The notes beneath the pieces were generated by a model. The model saw only the letters and a list, made by a program, of their open reading frames with translations, was not told the DNA's origin and did no database searches. The translations under genes and the position numbers were made by a program. From Rhodospirillales bacterium (GTDB lineage Bacteria > Pseudomonadota > Alphaproteobacteria > Rhodospirillales > Defluviicoccaceae): a stretch of 33,514 nt of DNA. Location: the NCBI GenBank assembly GCA_036787145.1, contig DAIQPV010000002.1:1-33514 (forward strand), read 5' to 3'. Position 1 is the stretch's first letter, and each line of letters starts with the position of its first letter. Shown one piece after another: positions 1 to 9,562 of the stretch.

Positions 1-187
1 GGGGAACGATCACCCAGAAATAGAGCCAGTGCCGCAGCAGCGGCAGCCAGTCTCCCGGACGCAAGCGCGGCTCCGGTCGATCGAGTGCTGCCTGCAGCGC
101 AACCACCCGGTCGGTATCGAGCCGATCGGTCGCGGTCTCCGTCCTGCCAATCCACTCGCGCAGATGCGCCTCTTCCGTTTGCGCCAT
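1..187 (-). CDS. MaoC/FAS1-like dehydratase N-terminal domain protein (acyl-CoA hydratase, itaconyl-/mesaconyl-CoA hydratase-like), partial; C-terminus runs off the window
   Basis: Not in the ORF track. My translation from ATG at 187 gives MAQTEEAHLREWIGRTETATDRLD...GDWLPLLRHWLYFWVIVP, matching the family pattern WIGR.E...GD.LP...HWLYF; open to base 1. Confidence 0.8.
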   Translation of the reverse strand, partial: MAQTEEAHLREWIGRTETATDRLDTDRVVALQAALDRPEPRLRPGDWLPLLRHWLYFWVIVP

Positions 188-413
188 AACAGCTTCTCGT
201 CCCTACTCACCACGGCAATGACCCTACCGGATGGGCGGCTCGCGTCCCTCCCTGGCGGTCGCGCGCCGGCCGGCCGTCACCATGCTACAAAGATTTCTCC
301 TTTCACATCCCGATGCGCCGTGCAAGATGATGCCGGCGCCCGGTCAACGCGCCGGCGGCCAACGGCAAAGACATCCACCAGCAGTCAATTGAATGGCCGT
401 AGGGGAGGAAGAG

Positions 414-1268
414 ATGGAAATTCACAAAGTCGGTGTGGTCGGCGCCGGCACTATGGGCAACGGCATCGCACAGGCGTTCGCAACCTCCGGTTACGACGTC
501 GTCATGCGGGACATCAAGCAGGAATTCGTTGATCGCGGCATGTCAACGATCCGCAAGAGCCTGGAACGCATGGCGGCGCGCAACAAGATCTCGGGTGAGG
601 CCAAGGACGCCGCTCTGGCGCGGGTCACGGGCGCGGTCGACATCGCCCCGCTCGGAGATTGCGACCTGATCGTCGAGGCGGCGCTCGAGAACGTCGATCT
701 CAAGACCAAGCTGTTCAAGGAACTGGACGACGTCTGCAAGGCGGACGCCATCCTCGCCACCAATACCTCGTCGATCTCGGTGACCAAGATTGCTGCCGCC
801 ACCAAGCGGCCGAATAAAGTGATCGGCATGCACTTCTTCAATCCGGTGCCGGTGATGCAGTTGATCGAGGTGATCCGCGCGCTGCAAACCGACGACGCGA
901 CCTGCGAGGCGGTGCTGGAGGCCAGCCGCAAGGTCGGCAAGACGCCGCACCTGGTGAAGGACTCTTACGGCTTCGTCGTCAACCGGGTGCTGATCCCGAT
1001 GATCAACGAGGCGATCAACTGCCTGTACGAGGGCCTCGCCGGTCCGGACGACATCGACGACGTGATGAAACTCGGCGCCAACCACCCGATCGGCCCGCTG
1101 GCACTCGCCGACCTGATCGGCCTCGACGTCACGCTGAACGTCATGGAGACTCTCTACCAGGGGTTTGAGGATTCCAAGTACCGCCCGAGCCCGCTGCTCA
1201 AGCAGATGGTCGATGCCGGCTACCTCGGCCGCAAGAGCGGCCGCGGCTTCCACAAGTACGAAGGCTGA
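414..1268 (+). CDS. hbd: 3-hydroxybutyryl-CoA (3-hydroxyacyl-CoA) dehydrogenase
   Basis: GAGTMGNGIA Rossmann motif, TNTSSISVT, GMHFFNPVP (catalytic His), GFVVNR, GRKSGRGF. GGAGG RBS at 404-408 favours ATG 414 over 393. Confidence 0.95.
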   Translation: MEIHKVGVVGAGTMGNGIAQAFATSGYDVVMRDIKQEFVDRGMSTIRKSLERMAARNKISGEAKDAALARVTGAVDIAPLGDCDLIVEAALENVDLKTKLFKELDDVCKADAILATNTSSISVTKIAAATKRPNKVIGMHFFNPVPVMQLIEVIRALQTDDATCEAVLEASRKVGKTPHLVKDSYGFVVNRVLIPMINEAINCLYEGLAGPDDIDDVMKLGANHPIGPLALADLIGLDVTLNVMETLYQGFEDSKYRPSPLLKQMVDAGYLGRKSGRGFHKYEG

Positions 1269-1287
1269 CCGGCCCATCCGGGCATTA

Positions 1288-1310
1288 GGGAGGCGGCGCG
1301 GCCGCCTCCC
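1288..1310. terminator. GC-rich hairpin between convergent genes (possible terminator or stabiliser)
   Basis: GGGAGGCGGC-gcg-GCCGCCTCCC, a perfect 10-bp stem about 20 nt after the hbd stop; no U-tract. Confidence 0.4.
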
Positions 1311-1505
1311 GCCGTGCCGAACACGAACACCCCGCGGTCGGGCCTACCTGTGGAATCAGAGCGTCGTGCGTAGCGCCTCTTCCCGGGCTCCTGCCGGGCG
1401 TCCCCTGCGAGGATGTCCGACGCCGGCAGCATTGAGCATGCCAAGAGCCGGCCGGTTCCGTGTCGTGATCTACCGGCCGCCGACGGGGACGGCCGGCAGT
1501 TATCT

Positions 1506-2435
1506 TCAGGCAGCCAACGGAATGGTCTTCTGAAGGACCTCGAAGGCGTCGTGGCGGACGTGATTTTGCTTCATTTCGTCGCGCAGCAGGGCCTCGGTCA
1601 CGATCCCTTTCTCCACGCACTCCCGCAGCAGGCCAAAGAAAAACCGCTCCTGATTGGGATCGGGATGGGGTGCGTAGTTTCCGAGAAAAGCATAGTCGCC
1701 GAACACCCGGCGACGGAACTGGTTGATCCAGCCCAGAACGACAAAGCCCGACGGCTTTTCCGGCGGCATGAAGTCCACCGGCAGACCGGTTTTCCATGGC
1801 TGCGTCTTGCGCTTGGTCATATGGACCATCTTCGTCGCCGCCGTGAGTTTATCGAGGTCATTCCACTCGTTCTCAAGGATGCCGATCGACTCCCGTGTCT
1901 CATAGAGCAGGCCGATCCACTTGGCGTAATCACGGGTCTTCTGGAACAGCGCCGCGAAATCCCGCTCCACGTTCCAATGCGATAGCTTGGCACAGTCCAA
2001 GAGCATGACGCTCGTTGCCATCACGCCCTTCTTCTCCTTGTAGCCGGAGCGGGGCCGGGCCATGATTGCGGCCCCTTTCATGTCGCGGGACAGCAGTTCG
2101 AACACGTCGCCGACCGCGAACACATCCGGATCGATGACGACCGCGCGCCCCTCATATCCCATCAGTTGCGGCGGCAAAAAGCGGGTGGGCGTGAACGACT
2201 GAAGGTCTTCCATATGCCATTGACGCGTAACGCCGTCGCGCAGGTACTCCTGCCCCTCCCGCTCCCAAAGAAACGGAAAGTCCTTGGTGTGCATGATGCG
2301 GACATCGAAGGCGTCAGGACTTTTCGAATTCCGCCGCAACGAGTACTCGGCGACCAGAGCGCCAACGATCTGCTTATGGTTGGTTTGAATAAACACGGTC
2401 GGTTTCACGAGCGGCATCCACTGATTTTCAGCCAT
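1506..2435 (-). CDS. Putative GT-A nucleotide-diphospho-sugar transferase (GT8-like, plant CDI-like)
   Basis: QSFTPTRFLPPQLMGYEGRAVVIDPDVF (DxD motif), SVMLLDC, EWN and the late H...QPW segment fit GT8/CDI-like transferases. Confidence 0.6.
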   Translation of the reverse strand: MAENQWMPLVKPTVFIQTNHKQIVGALVAEYSLRRNSKSPDAFDVRIMHTKDFPFLWEREGQEYLRDGVTRQWHMEDLQSFTPTRFLPPQLMGYEGRAVVIDPDVFAVGDVFELLSRDMKGAAIMARPRSGYKEKKGVMATSVMLLDCAKLSHWNVERDFAALFQKTRDYAKWIGLLYETRESIGILENEWNDLDKLTAATKMVHMTKRKTQPWKTGLPVDFMPPEKPSGFVVLGWINQFRRRVFGDYAFLGNYAPHPDPNQERFFFGLLRECVEKGIVTEALLRDEMKQNHVRHDAFEVLQKTIPLAA

Positions 2436-2483
2436 TCCAATACTACCGATGTAGCAGAAGGCAAGGCGAGCGGCAAGTCAACC

Positions 2484-3596
2484 TCACTTCGGCGTGAACA
2501 AGGCTGCTATACGCTGCGCAACCTTCGGCAGGTCGTCCGGCACATCTGATGCGGTGCTTGGAAAGGATTCGCCGAGCGACACCGCAAGGCCCGAGTCGAT
2601 CAGCGTCCGGTGAACTGCTTCAAACTCCCGCGAATAGCCCACGACCCCTATGTCGTACAGCATGTCGCCCAGGCGGGCCAACGCTCCACCGCGGCCGGGC
2701 TCGTCCGCCCGCGGCTGAAAAACGTCGGCCAGCCGCTTTTTCATCACCGGCCAGACGCCCGGTTCCACCGGCAAGGGAAAGATGGCCAGCGGCTTGCGCA
2801 GACGCGCGACCTCAACCAGCATCGAGACGCTGTCGCCGGTGACGACGAACCGGTCGGCCAGCCCGAGGAGCGCCAGATAGGGATTGTCGCGGGCGTCGGG
2901 TGTCCAACGGTACAGTCTGCTGCCGGCCGGCAGGGCATCCTCCAGCGCCGCAGTGACCTCATCGGGCGTCCGCCGGCTGGTGGTCACAAAGAGAGAGCCC
3001 GCCCCCTCTGTCGTCGCGTGCAACGCGGCCAGAAAAGCCCGAGCCGTCGCCGCATCGAAGACGAACGGCTTCGTCGGCCCACCCACCAGCACCGCGGTGA
3101 GCGGCCGCGACAGATCCGACAATCGCTCCTCCCAGCCCACGGAAGCCGCTGCGACCCGGGCCGGGTCAACCCGCATCAGCGGCAGAGACAGGCGAACGAT
3201 ATTATCCCGCTCGGGCAGCCGGTACTGTGGCGTCGCGAGCACCAGGTCGAAGTCACGCAACAGACGCCGGGGCCGGCCGATGATCACCACCTTCGTGCGC
3301 CCTCCCGACTGCTCCCTGATCCACATCGCCGCCATGGATGGCCTCCGGCCAACGGTCAGCACCAGATCCGGCCACGGTGGCTGGAGCTCGTCCGAAGCGG
3401 CCTTGTCGATGTGATAGAGCGAGGGCCTGAACGGTGGCTTGCCTGTCTGAAACTGGGGAAGGAAGCGCATGACCTTGCGCTCTGCCGGCCAGCCGAGAGC
3501 GTCGGCGACAACCTCAACCTGAGCATTGTCTCCGACCTTTTCCCCGATCACGAGCCAGAGGCGGGGGGGAGCGGCGGAGCAGGCCATGCGGCGCAT
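2484..3596 (-). CDS. Mitochondrial fission ELM1 family protein (predicted NDP-sugar epimerase-like)
   Basis: GDNAQ, PPWPDLVL..GRR, VLVGG, TTSRRTP, NPY..LL..AD..VVTGDSVSML.E motifs. Start uncertain (3587/3596/3599). Confidence 0.85.
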   Translation of the reverse strand: MRRMACSAAPPRLWLVIGEKVGDNAQVEVVADALGWPAERKVMRFLPQFQTGKPPFRPSLYHIDKAASDELQPPWPDLVLTVGRRPSMAAMWIREQSGGRTKVVIIGRPRRLLRDFDLVLATPQYRLPERDNIVRLSLPLMRVDPARVAAASVGWEERLSDLSRPLTAVLVGGPTKPFVFDAATARAFLAALHATTEGAGSLFVTTSRRTPDEVTAALEDALPAGSRLYRWTPDARDNPYLALLGLADRFVVTGDSVSMLVEVARLRKPLAIFPLPVEPGVWPVMKKRLADVFQPRADEPGRGGALARLGDMLYDIGVVGYSREFEAVHRTLIDSGLAVSLGESFPSTASDVPDDLPKVAQRIAALFTPK

Positions 3597-3812
3597 CAAA
3601 AATGTCCCGGACAGTTTGAGGGGGCCAGCCAGCTTAGGGCACAGAAGCTAAGGGATGCATCGGGGATTTTCCCGCGGCGATAGAGGAAGGCTAGTGGATT
3701 ATCGACAGAAGACCAGCCTGACGTATGATCCCCCGATGCGGTGTCGCGCCATCACGTCCCCGACAATGAGAGCAGAATCGGTGAATTTCGCCGGCCTGCC
3801 CGTTCGTCGCCG

Positions 3813-4742
3813 ATGAGTCGCATGTCCTCATCGCGACACGCGGGGCCGATTCTGCTGTTCGGCGCCGACGGCCAGACCGGACGGGAGCTGCGGCGGAGCT
3901 TATCGACGCTGGCACCGGTGACGGCGGTGAGGCGCCGGGATGCGGATCTTGCCGATCCGTCGGCGGCTTCCCGTCTGGTCCGTGCGCTCAGGCCTTCTTT
4001 GATCGTCAATGCGGCCGCCTCCAACGCCGTCGATCGGGCGGAGGGGGAGCCGGACATCGCGATGGCGGTCAATGCCGTGGCTCCCGGCGTGCTCGCCGAG
4101 GAGGCAAAGAGCCTGGATGCCGCCCTCGTTCATTTCTCGACCGACTATGTGTTCGGACAGACGGGTTATCGGGACGCGAACGGACGGCCGCGCCCGTTTC
4201 ACGAGGCTGACCCGACGGAGCCGCTTGGGGTCTACGGGCGCAGCAAGCTCGCGGGCGAACAGGCGATCCGGGCAACAGGCGTTGCCCATCTGATCCTGCG
4301 TACGAGCTGGGTCTATAGCAAGACCGCGCGCGGCTTTCTCGGCGCCCTGCTGCGGCTCGATATCGAGGGCGACGAGCTGGCGATCGTTGAGGACGAGGAA
4401 AGTTGCCCGACCTGGGCGCCGTCCCTCGCCGATGCGACTGCGCAGATTCTGGCCGCCGGGTGGGCACGGGGGGGAACCGACGCCTTGGCGGCGAGCGAGG
4501 GCACCTATCACCTGGCCGGCGAGAGCTGGTGTTCCCGCTTCAACTTTGCGGCCGCCGTCTTTGCGCACCATGCCGCGCACGGACGCTCCACGCCCCGGCT
4601 GCGCGCCGTAGCCTCCGCGGCATTTCCCGCAGCCGCCCTGCGACCGGGCTTTTCCGCACTCGATTCGCGCCGCGCGCTGGACACCTTCGGGGTTTCGATC
4701 CCCGGCTGGCAGACGACACTGGACCTCTGCCTCGATCGTTAG
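3813..4742 (+). CDS. rfbD: dTDP-4-dehydrorhamnose reductase
   Basis: GADGQTG, AVDRAE, STDYVF, YGRSK catalytic motif, LRTSWVY, RP..S.LD. Start uncertain (3813/3822). Confidence 0.85.
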   Translation: MSRMSSSRHAGPILLFGADGQTGRELRRSLSTLAPVTAVRRRDADLADPSAASRLVRALRPSLIVNAAASNAVDRAEGEPDIAMAVNAVAPGVLAEEAKSLDAALVHFSTDYVFGQTGYRDANGRPRPFHEADPTEPLGVYGRSKLAGEQAIRATGVAHLILRTSWVYSKTARGFLGALLRLDIEGDELAIVEDEESCPTWAPSLADATAQILAAGWARGGTDALAASEGTYHLAGESWCSRFNFAAAVFAHHAAHGRSTPRLRAVASAAFPAAALRPGFSALDSRRALDTFGVSIPGWQTTLDLCLDR

Positions 4743-4807
4743 CGGTCCCCCCGTCGCAAGGGATAGGGCGATTACTCTGCAGGCGGAGCAGCCGACGGGC
4801 GTGCGGT

Positions 4808-5908
4808 TCAGGCCGGTTGCGCCGCCCCACTGTCCGGCAAGGCCTCGGGTTGTGAAGCGGTTTCCGCTGCCTCCACGGCGGCCGCGCCTGTATCAACTGC
4901 TGCACCCGCTGTTGGACCCGCGACCGGCTCCCAGTAGCGCGGGCGGACGACCAGGTGCTGCCAGGCGGCAACCAGCTCCCGCTCACGATCGCCTCCAATG
5001 TGACTGTGCCAACCGATGACAAGACCTGCGGCATAGGACAGGTCGGCGCGCTCTTTGCCGCGGGTGCCCTTCACCGCTCGTTTGAGCAACTTCCGCGCAA
5101 CCTCAACGTCGTTGCTGACGCCGAGCTGGTCCTGCAGAGATTTCATGGCGGACAGGTAAGGCGTGACCTTGCGCTTCGAATAAAGCGTCGAGAAAAACTC
5201 GGTCGCATACCGCAACTGCTTCAGGTGAATGCGAACCTTGTGGCGTTCCTCGGGATCGAGGTTTTCGAAGTTCGATCCGGCGGCGGCGAGCCCCTCGTAA
5301 ATTCCATGCAGCAGGTCGCGCGCGACCCCCGAGGCCTTCACCATGGCCGCCGGATGCTGTCGTTCTCCCGGCCCGCGCCAGCCTCGACCTTCCGCCCAGG
5401 AAGTCAGCAGCAGCACCAGCCCCACGTACCGCTGAGAGCCGACGGCTGCCTGGGCGCGAACGTACGCCTCGTCCCGCTGTTGTTCCACTCGCTGCGACAG
5501 GGCGTCGAGCCGCTCCTCCTCCGGCATCTCCCGGATCACCTGCGACAGGACTTCGCCTGCGAACACGTCCCAGTCGCGGGCGGGGCCGAGTTCGCCAATC
5601 AGCCATTTCAGCTCACCCGACAGATAGATGTGCTGCTCTTCAGGGATGAATCGCTCATAGAGCCTGACGCAAGATCGCAGCCGCCGGACCGCGACCCGCA
5701 TCTGATGGACGCCTTCTTCGTGCGAGCGATCGAGAACGCATCGTTCGTTGCCGCGCAGATGATCCGCACAACTCAAGACGATGTCGGCCAGCGCCTGCTC
5801 GGCCGTGATCGAAGGAGTGAGCGAAGGGAGCCGCGCCTTCTTCCACGGATTGGGCTGCGGCGTCCGCTCGCCGCTCCCATCCCCGACCGGCAGATCACTC
5901 GATAACAT
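4808..5908 (-). CDS. Stand-alone CHAD domain protein (polyphosphate-binding family)
   Basis: HQMRVAVRRLRS, LGPARDWDV, HKVRIHLKQLRY, LQDQLG..ND; GGGAGAAG RBS-like sequence upstream. Confidence 0.9.
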   Translation of the reverse strand: MLSSDLPVGDGSGERTPQPNPWKKARLPSLTPSITAEQALADIVLSCADHLRGNERCVLDRSHEEGVHQMRVAVRRLRSCVRLYERFIPEEQHIYLSGELKWLIGELGPARDWDVFAGEVLSQVIREMPEEERLDALSQRVEQQRDEAYVRAQAAVGSQRYVGLVLLLTSWAEGRGWRGPGERQHPAAMVKASGVARDLLHGIYEGLAAAGSNFENLDPEERHKVRIHLKQLRYATEFFSTLYSKRKVTPYLSAMKSLQDQLGVSNDVEVARKLLKRAVKGTRGKERADLSYAAGLVIGWHSHIGGDRERELVAAWQHLVVRPRYWEPVAGPTAGAAVDTGAAAVEAAETASQPEALPDSGAAQPA

Positions 5909-6042
5909 CTCTTCTCCCGTCCCTTCGGCCGGAGCCGGGCCCCGATCCGACCAAAAGCCTATGCGCCGGCTCGCTTCGACGCCATCTCAAAAACCATCAT
6001 ATAGAGCGTTCCGTTCCGCTCAGCCGGCAATCGAGTTCGATT

Positions 6043-6486
6043 TCAGAGGTCAGCCATCGGCGTGATGTCAAAGTGCTCTTTAATCCGCCGCATCAATTGG
6101 TCCCGAACCTGCCGGTAGGCGTCCAACCGGCTCTCGCGACTTCCCTCGACGATCGTCGGATCGAACGTGTTCCAGAAGAGAACGTCGCACGCCATCACCC
6201 GCGTCATGTCCACCGCGCGGTGCTGCGCTTCCGGGGACAACGAGATAACCTCGTCGAACGAGTCATCCTCCAAATCCTCGAAGCTCTTCGGCAGGTGTCG
6301 CGCAATATCGATGCCGATCTCGTCCATAACCTGTACGGCGAAGGGGTCGAGATCACCGGGACGGACACCGGCCGAGTCCACAAAAATCCGGTGACCTAAC
6401 AGATGCTTCAGAATGCCCTCAGCCATCGCCGACCGCACGGCGTTGTGCGTACAAGCGAACAAGACGGCGGTCGATCGGCTGGCCAA
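6043..6486 (-). CDS. Low-molecular-weight phosphatase / ArsC-family protein
   Basis: P-loop CTHNAVRS (CX5R), DSAG, DP motif; TTG start; usual position after UPF0262. Confidence 0.9.
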   Translation of the reverse strand: MASRSTAVLFACTHNAVRSAMAEGILKHLLGHRIFVDSAGVRPGDLDPFAVQVMDEIGIDIARHLPKSFEDLEDDSFDEVISLSPEAQHRAVDMTRVMACDVLFWNTFDPTIVEGSRESRLDAYRQVRDQLMRRIKEHFDITPMADL

Positions 6487-6609
6487 CTGCTCGGTTAACC
6501 GTCAGCGAACGCGGCTTTCGTCCGGCCGCGAAGGCCGGGCGCCGCGACGCAGGAGCGTGCAGCGGCAGGTTCGCGTCCCGCTGGTGCCATGGATGAATGC
6601 TCCTCCTCA

Positions 6610-7146
6610 TCATCGCCGAATATGCAGCACGCAAATCAGCGTGAACAGGCGGCGAGCTGTGTCTTTGTCGATGTCAACTTTCGGGGCGAGGTTCTCCCGC
6701 AGGCGTTCAGCACCCTCGTTGTGCAAACCCCGCCTGCCCATATCGATAGCCTCGATTCGACTCGGCGTGAGAGTCTTTATCGCGTTGAAGTAGCTTTCGC
6801 ATATGAGGAAGTAGTCCTTGATGACGGACCGCAGCGAGCCGAGCAGCACTGAAAAGCGGGTCAGCTGCAGATCGAGCTGATCACAAACCCTAAAGGTCAG
6901 CCGCTCGCCGTCGCCGGAGAGGTGAACCACGTAAGGTCCATGAAAAGGTCCCTTGACCGCAAAGACATTGTCCTCGAGCAAATCGTAAAGCGCGACGCGA
7001 CGTTCGTGCTCCACCGTCGGGCTGAGCCGGATCCCCGCCGGATCTTCAAGCAGCAACTTGATGATCCGATCCCTGCTCTGGCGGCCGGGGACGCTGACGG
7101 CAACAGAATGCCGCCCCTCCTCGCCTTCGGTCAGTTCAGCGGCCAT
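6610..7146 (-). CDS. UPF0262 family protein
   Basis: EHERRVALYDLLEDNVF, KDYFLICESYF.AI, IEAIDMGRRGLHNEG, TARRLFTLICVLH. Start 7146 or 7158. Confidence 0.92.
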   Translation of the reverse strand: MAAELTEGEEGRHSVAVSVPGRQSRDRIIKLLLEDPAGIRLSPTVEHERRVALYDLLEDNVFAVKGPFHGPYVVHLSGDGERLTFRVCDQLDLQLTRFSVLLGSLRSVIKDYFLICESYFNAIKTLTPSRIEAIDMGRRGLHNEGAERLRENLAPKVDIDKDTARRLFTLICVLHIRR

Positions 7147-7246
7147 GGCTTCAGACACGATGGCGGGTGTGGAGCAGTAAGAGGCAACGAGAACCCGGCC
7201 GAATTGCGTCTCGCTAGGGCGCGATCATCGTACCAGGCTTCTTGCG

Positions 7247-8551
7247 TCATCCGCCCCTCAGCGTGTTCATCCGGATCGACACGGATCGGGCATGGGCGTC
7301 GAGGCCCTCCGCCTCGGCCAAAGCGACCGTCGGCGGCCCGAGGCGCGCAAGCCCGCCCGCATCGCATCCGAGAAACGTCGACCGCTTCATGAAATCGAGC
7401 ACGCCGAGACCAGACGAAAATCGGGCGCTTCGCGAGGTGGGCAGCACGTGGTTCGGTCCCGCGACGTAGTCGCCGAGCGCCTCAGGCGTGAAGCGGCCAA
7501 GAAAGATCGAGCCCGCATTCCTGATGTTGGCCAGCAAGCCTTCCGAATTCTCCAGTGCAAGCTGGAGATGCTCGGGCGCGATCCGGTCGACCAGCATCGG
7601 CGCCTGATCGATCGTCTCGACGGTCACGATACACCCGTTATTCCGCCAACTCGCCTCGGCGATGGCGCGTCTCGGCAACGTCGCCAGATGCGTTTCGACC
7701 GCTCTTTCGACCGCGTCGGCAAACGCGTCGTCATCGGTGACGAGGATGGACTGGGCGGCGGCATCGTGCTCGGCCTGGGCCAGGAGGTCCATAGCGATCC
7801 ACGACGGATCGGTCTGAGCATCGGCGACGATCAGCACCTCGGAAGGGCCGGCGATCATATCGATGCCGACGCGACCGAAGACCCGGCGCTTCGCCGCGGC
7901 AACATAGGCATTTCCGGGACCAACGATCTTGTGCACCGGAGCGATTTGTTGCGTGCCGTAGGCGAGAGCGCCGATCGCCTGGGCGCCACCGATCCGCCAG
8001 ACCTCGTCAACCTGGGCGACGCGGGCCGCTGCAAGCACCAGAGGCGAAATCTGACCCTTGGGCGCCGGCACCACCATGACCAGCCGCCGGCAGCCGGCGA
8101 CTTTGGCCGGCACCGCGTTCATCAGCACGGATGACGGATAGGCGGCGGTGCCGCCGGGAACATACAGGCCCACCGCTTCGATCGCCGACCATCGCCAACC
8201 GAGGCGCAAGCCTTCGGGATCGACCATATCGAGGTCGGTCGGCCGCTGGCGCTCATGAAAAGCGCGGATCCGCGCAGCCGCCAGGTCAAGAGCCGCCAGC
8301 GTGGTGGGGCCGCAATCCGCCCAGGCAGCGGCGATCTCCGGCTTGCTCAGGCGCAGCTGGCGGAGTTCGACCGACGGGTCGTCGAACCGCCGGGTATACT
8401 CAAGCACGGCATCATCGCCACGAGCGCGAACGTCGTCGAGAATGGCGGCGACGGCCTTGTCCACATCCTCCGCCTGGTCCCGGCGGGCGTCGAGCATCGC
8501 GGCAAAAGTGCTTTCAAAGTCTCTGTCGCGAATATCAAGCCGTATGGGCAC
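7247..8551 (-). CDS. hisD: Histidinol dehydrogenase
   Basis: [57 protein letters not shown]. Likely GTG start at 8551 (VPIRLD), overlapping the end of hisG. Confidence 0.97.
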   Translation of the reverse strand: MPIRLDIRDRDFESTFAAMLDARRDQAEDVDKAVAAILDDVRARGDDAVLEYTRRFDDPSVELRQLRLSKPEIAAAWADCGPTTLAALDLAAARIRAFHERQRPTDLDMVDPEGLRLGWRWSAIEAVGLYVPGGTAAYPSSVLMNAVPAKVAGCRRLVMVVPAPKGQISPLVLAAARVAQVDEVWRIGGAQAIGALAYGTQQIAPVHKIVGPGNAYVAAAKRRVFGRVGIDMIAGPSEVLIVADAQTDPSWIAMDLLAQAEHDAAAQSILVTDDDAFADAVERAVETHLATLPRRAIAEASWRNNGCIVTVETIDQAPMLVDRIAPEHLQLALENSEGLLANIRNAGSIFLGRFTPEALGDYVAGPNHVLPTSRSARFSSGLGVLDFMKRSTFLGCDAGGLARLGPPTVALAEAEGLDAHARSVSIRMNTLRGG

Positions 8552-9203
8552 GCGCAACCTCGCGAAAGCGTTCAAGCCAGCCACCGATCTGCCGCGGCCG
8601 CGTCTTCCAGGCCGTCCGGTTGACGGCAAGGCGGGACGTGATCCCGGCAATCCGTTCAACCTCGACCAGGCCGTTGGCCTGCAGCGTCGCGCCACTGGAC
8701 ACCAGATCGACGATCCGCTGACTGAGTCCGAGCACCGGCGCCAGCTCGATCGCGCCGTTGAGGACGATGCACTCGGCCTGGACGCCGCGGCCGGCGAAAT
8801 GGCGGGCGGTCAGGCGTGGATATTTTGTCGCGACGCGGATGTGGCTCCAGGAGCGCGGATCGTCCGCCTCCGATAAGCCCGCCGGTTCGCAAACGGACAG
8901 CCGGCAATGGCCGATATCCAGGTCCAGCGGCGCGTAAATTTCAGGATAGTCGAATTCCATGAGCACATCATTGCCGGCAACGCCGAGATGAGCGGCGCCG
9001 AAAGCGACAAACGTCGCCACATCGAAAGACCGGACGCGAATGAGATCCAGGCCCGGCACGCTCGTGGAAAAGCGGAGCTGCCGCGCGTCGTCGTCGGCAA
9101 ACGCAGCCTCCGGTTCAATCCCGACCGCCTGCAAGACGGGAAGGACTTCCTTTAGGATCCTGCCCTTCGGCAGTGCCAGAATCATTGGCTCGTCGACCGA
9201 CAT
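8535..9203 (-). CDS. hisG: ATP phosphoribosyltransferase, short form
   Basis: [45 protein letters not shown]; about 222 aa with no C-terminal regulatory domain. Confidence 0.96.
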   Translation of the reverse strand: MSVDEPMILALPKGRILKEVLPVLQAVGIEPEAAFADDDARQLRFSTSVPGLDLIRVRSFDVATFVAFGAAHLGVAGNDVLMEFDYPEIYAPLDLDIGHCRLSVCEPAGLSEADDPRSWSHIRVATKYPRLTARHFAGRGVQAECIVLNGAIELAPVLGLSQRIVDLVSSGATLQANGLVEVERIAGITSRLAVNRTAWKTRPRQIGGWLERFREVARAHTA

Positions 9204-9494
9204 GCGCGCTCCACCCTTCACTCCGCTTCAGGACCTAAAGCGTTGCACGGGTGAAGTCCAGCAGCACACCGGCGCCCCGGCGTGCTGCGACAGGATTCCC
9301 TCTGTTGTCAGCCATGCCGCAGACAGGGGCCACTTGCCACGCCGGTGATTTGTTCACAGCCTGGAGCACCGTTGCTGCCCGTCCTTTCTGCCTTCGCTGT
9401 GGCCAGCGGACGGCGTCCAATCGCGCCCGCTCGTCCTTCGGGCGAATGGGGAAAGAGGAACATGCGCTGGGAGGTTGCCGAGATCCGCCAAGCC

Positions 9495-9529
9495 TTTTCC
9501 ACAGGGTTATCCACGAAAGCTGTGGATAC
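9495..9529. promoter_or_regulatory. Cluster of three DnaA boxes (a fourth, 1-mismatch box lies at 9350-9358)
   Basis: TTTTCCACA (9495-9503, perfect TTWTNCACA), TTATCCACG (9507-9515, 1 mismatch), TGTGGATAC (9521-9529, reverse, 1 mismatch); TTGTTCACA at 9350-9358. All intergenic. Confidence 0.75.
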
Positions 9530-9562
9530 GTGTCGGCTTTGATCGGGGCACGATCGGCCGCC

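Noticed and set aside
6043..6486. Arsenic-resistance operon
   Set aside because: No arsR, arsB or acr3 nearby; this is the phosphatase-fold gene routinely found after UPF0262.
8552..8695. N-terminal extension of hisD in the ORF track
   Set aside because: Lies within hisG in another frame; HisD-like sequence starts at about 8551.
9204..9562. Firm call as chromosomal oriC
   Set aside because: No AT-rich unwinding element, no dnaA/hemE/parAB neighbours and no clean switch in gene orientation; kept only as an alternative hypothesis.
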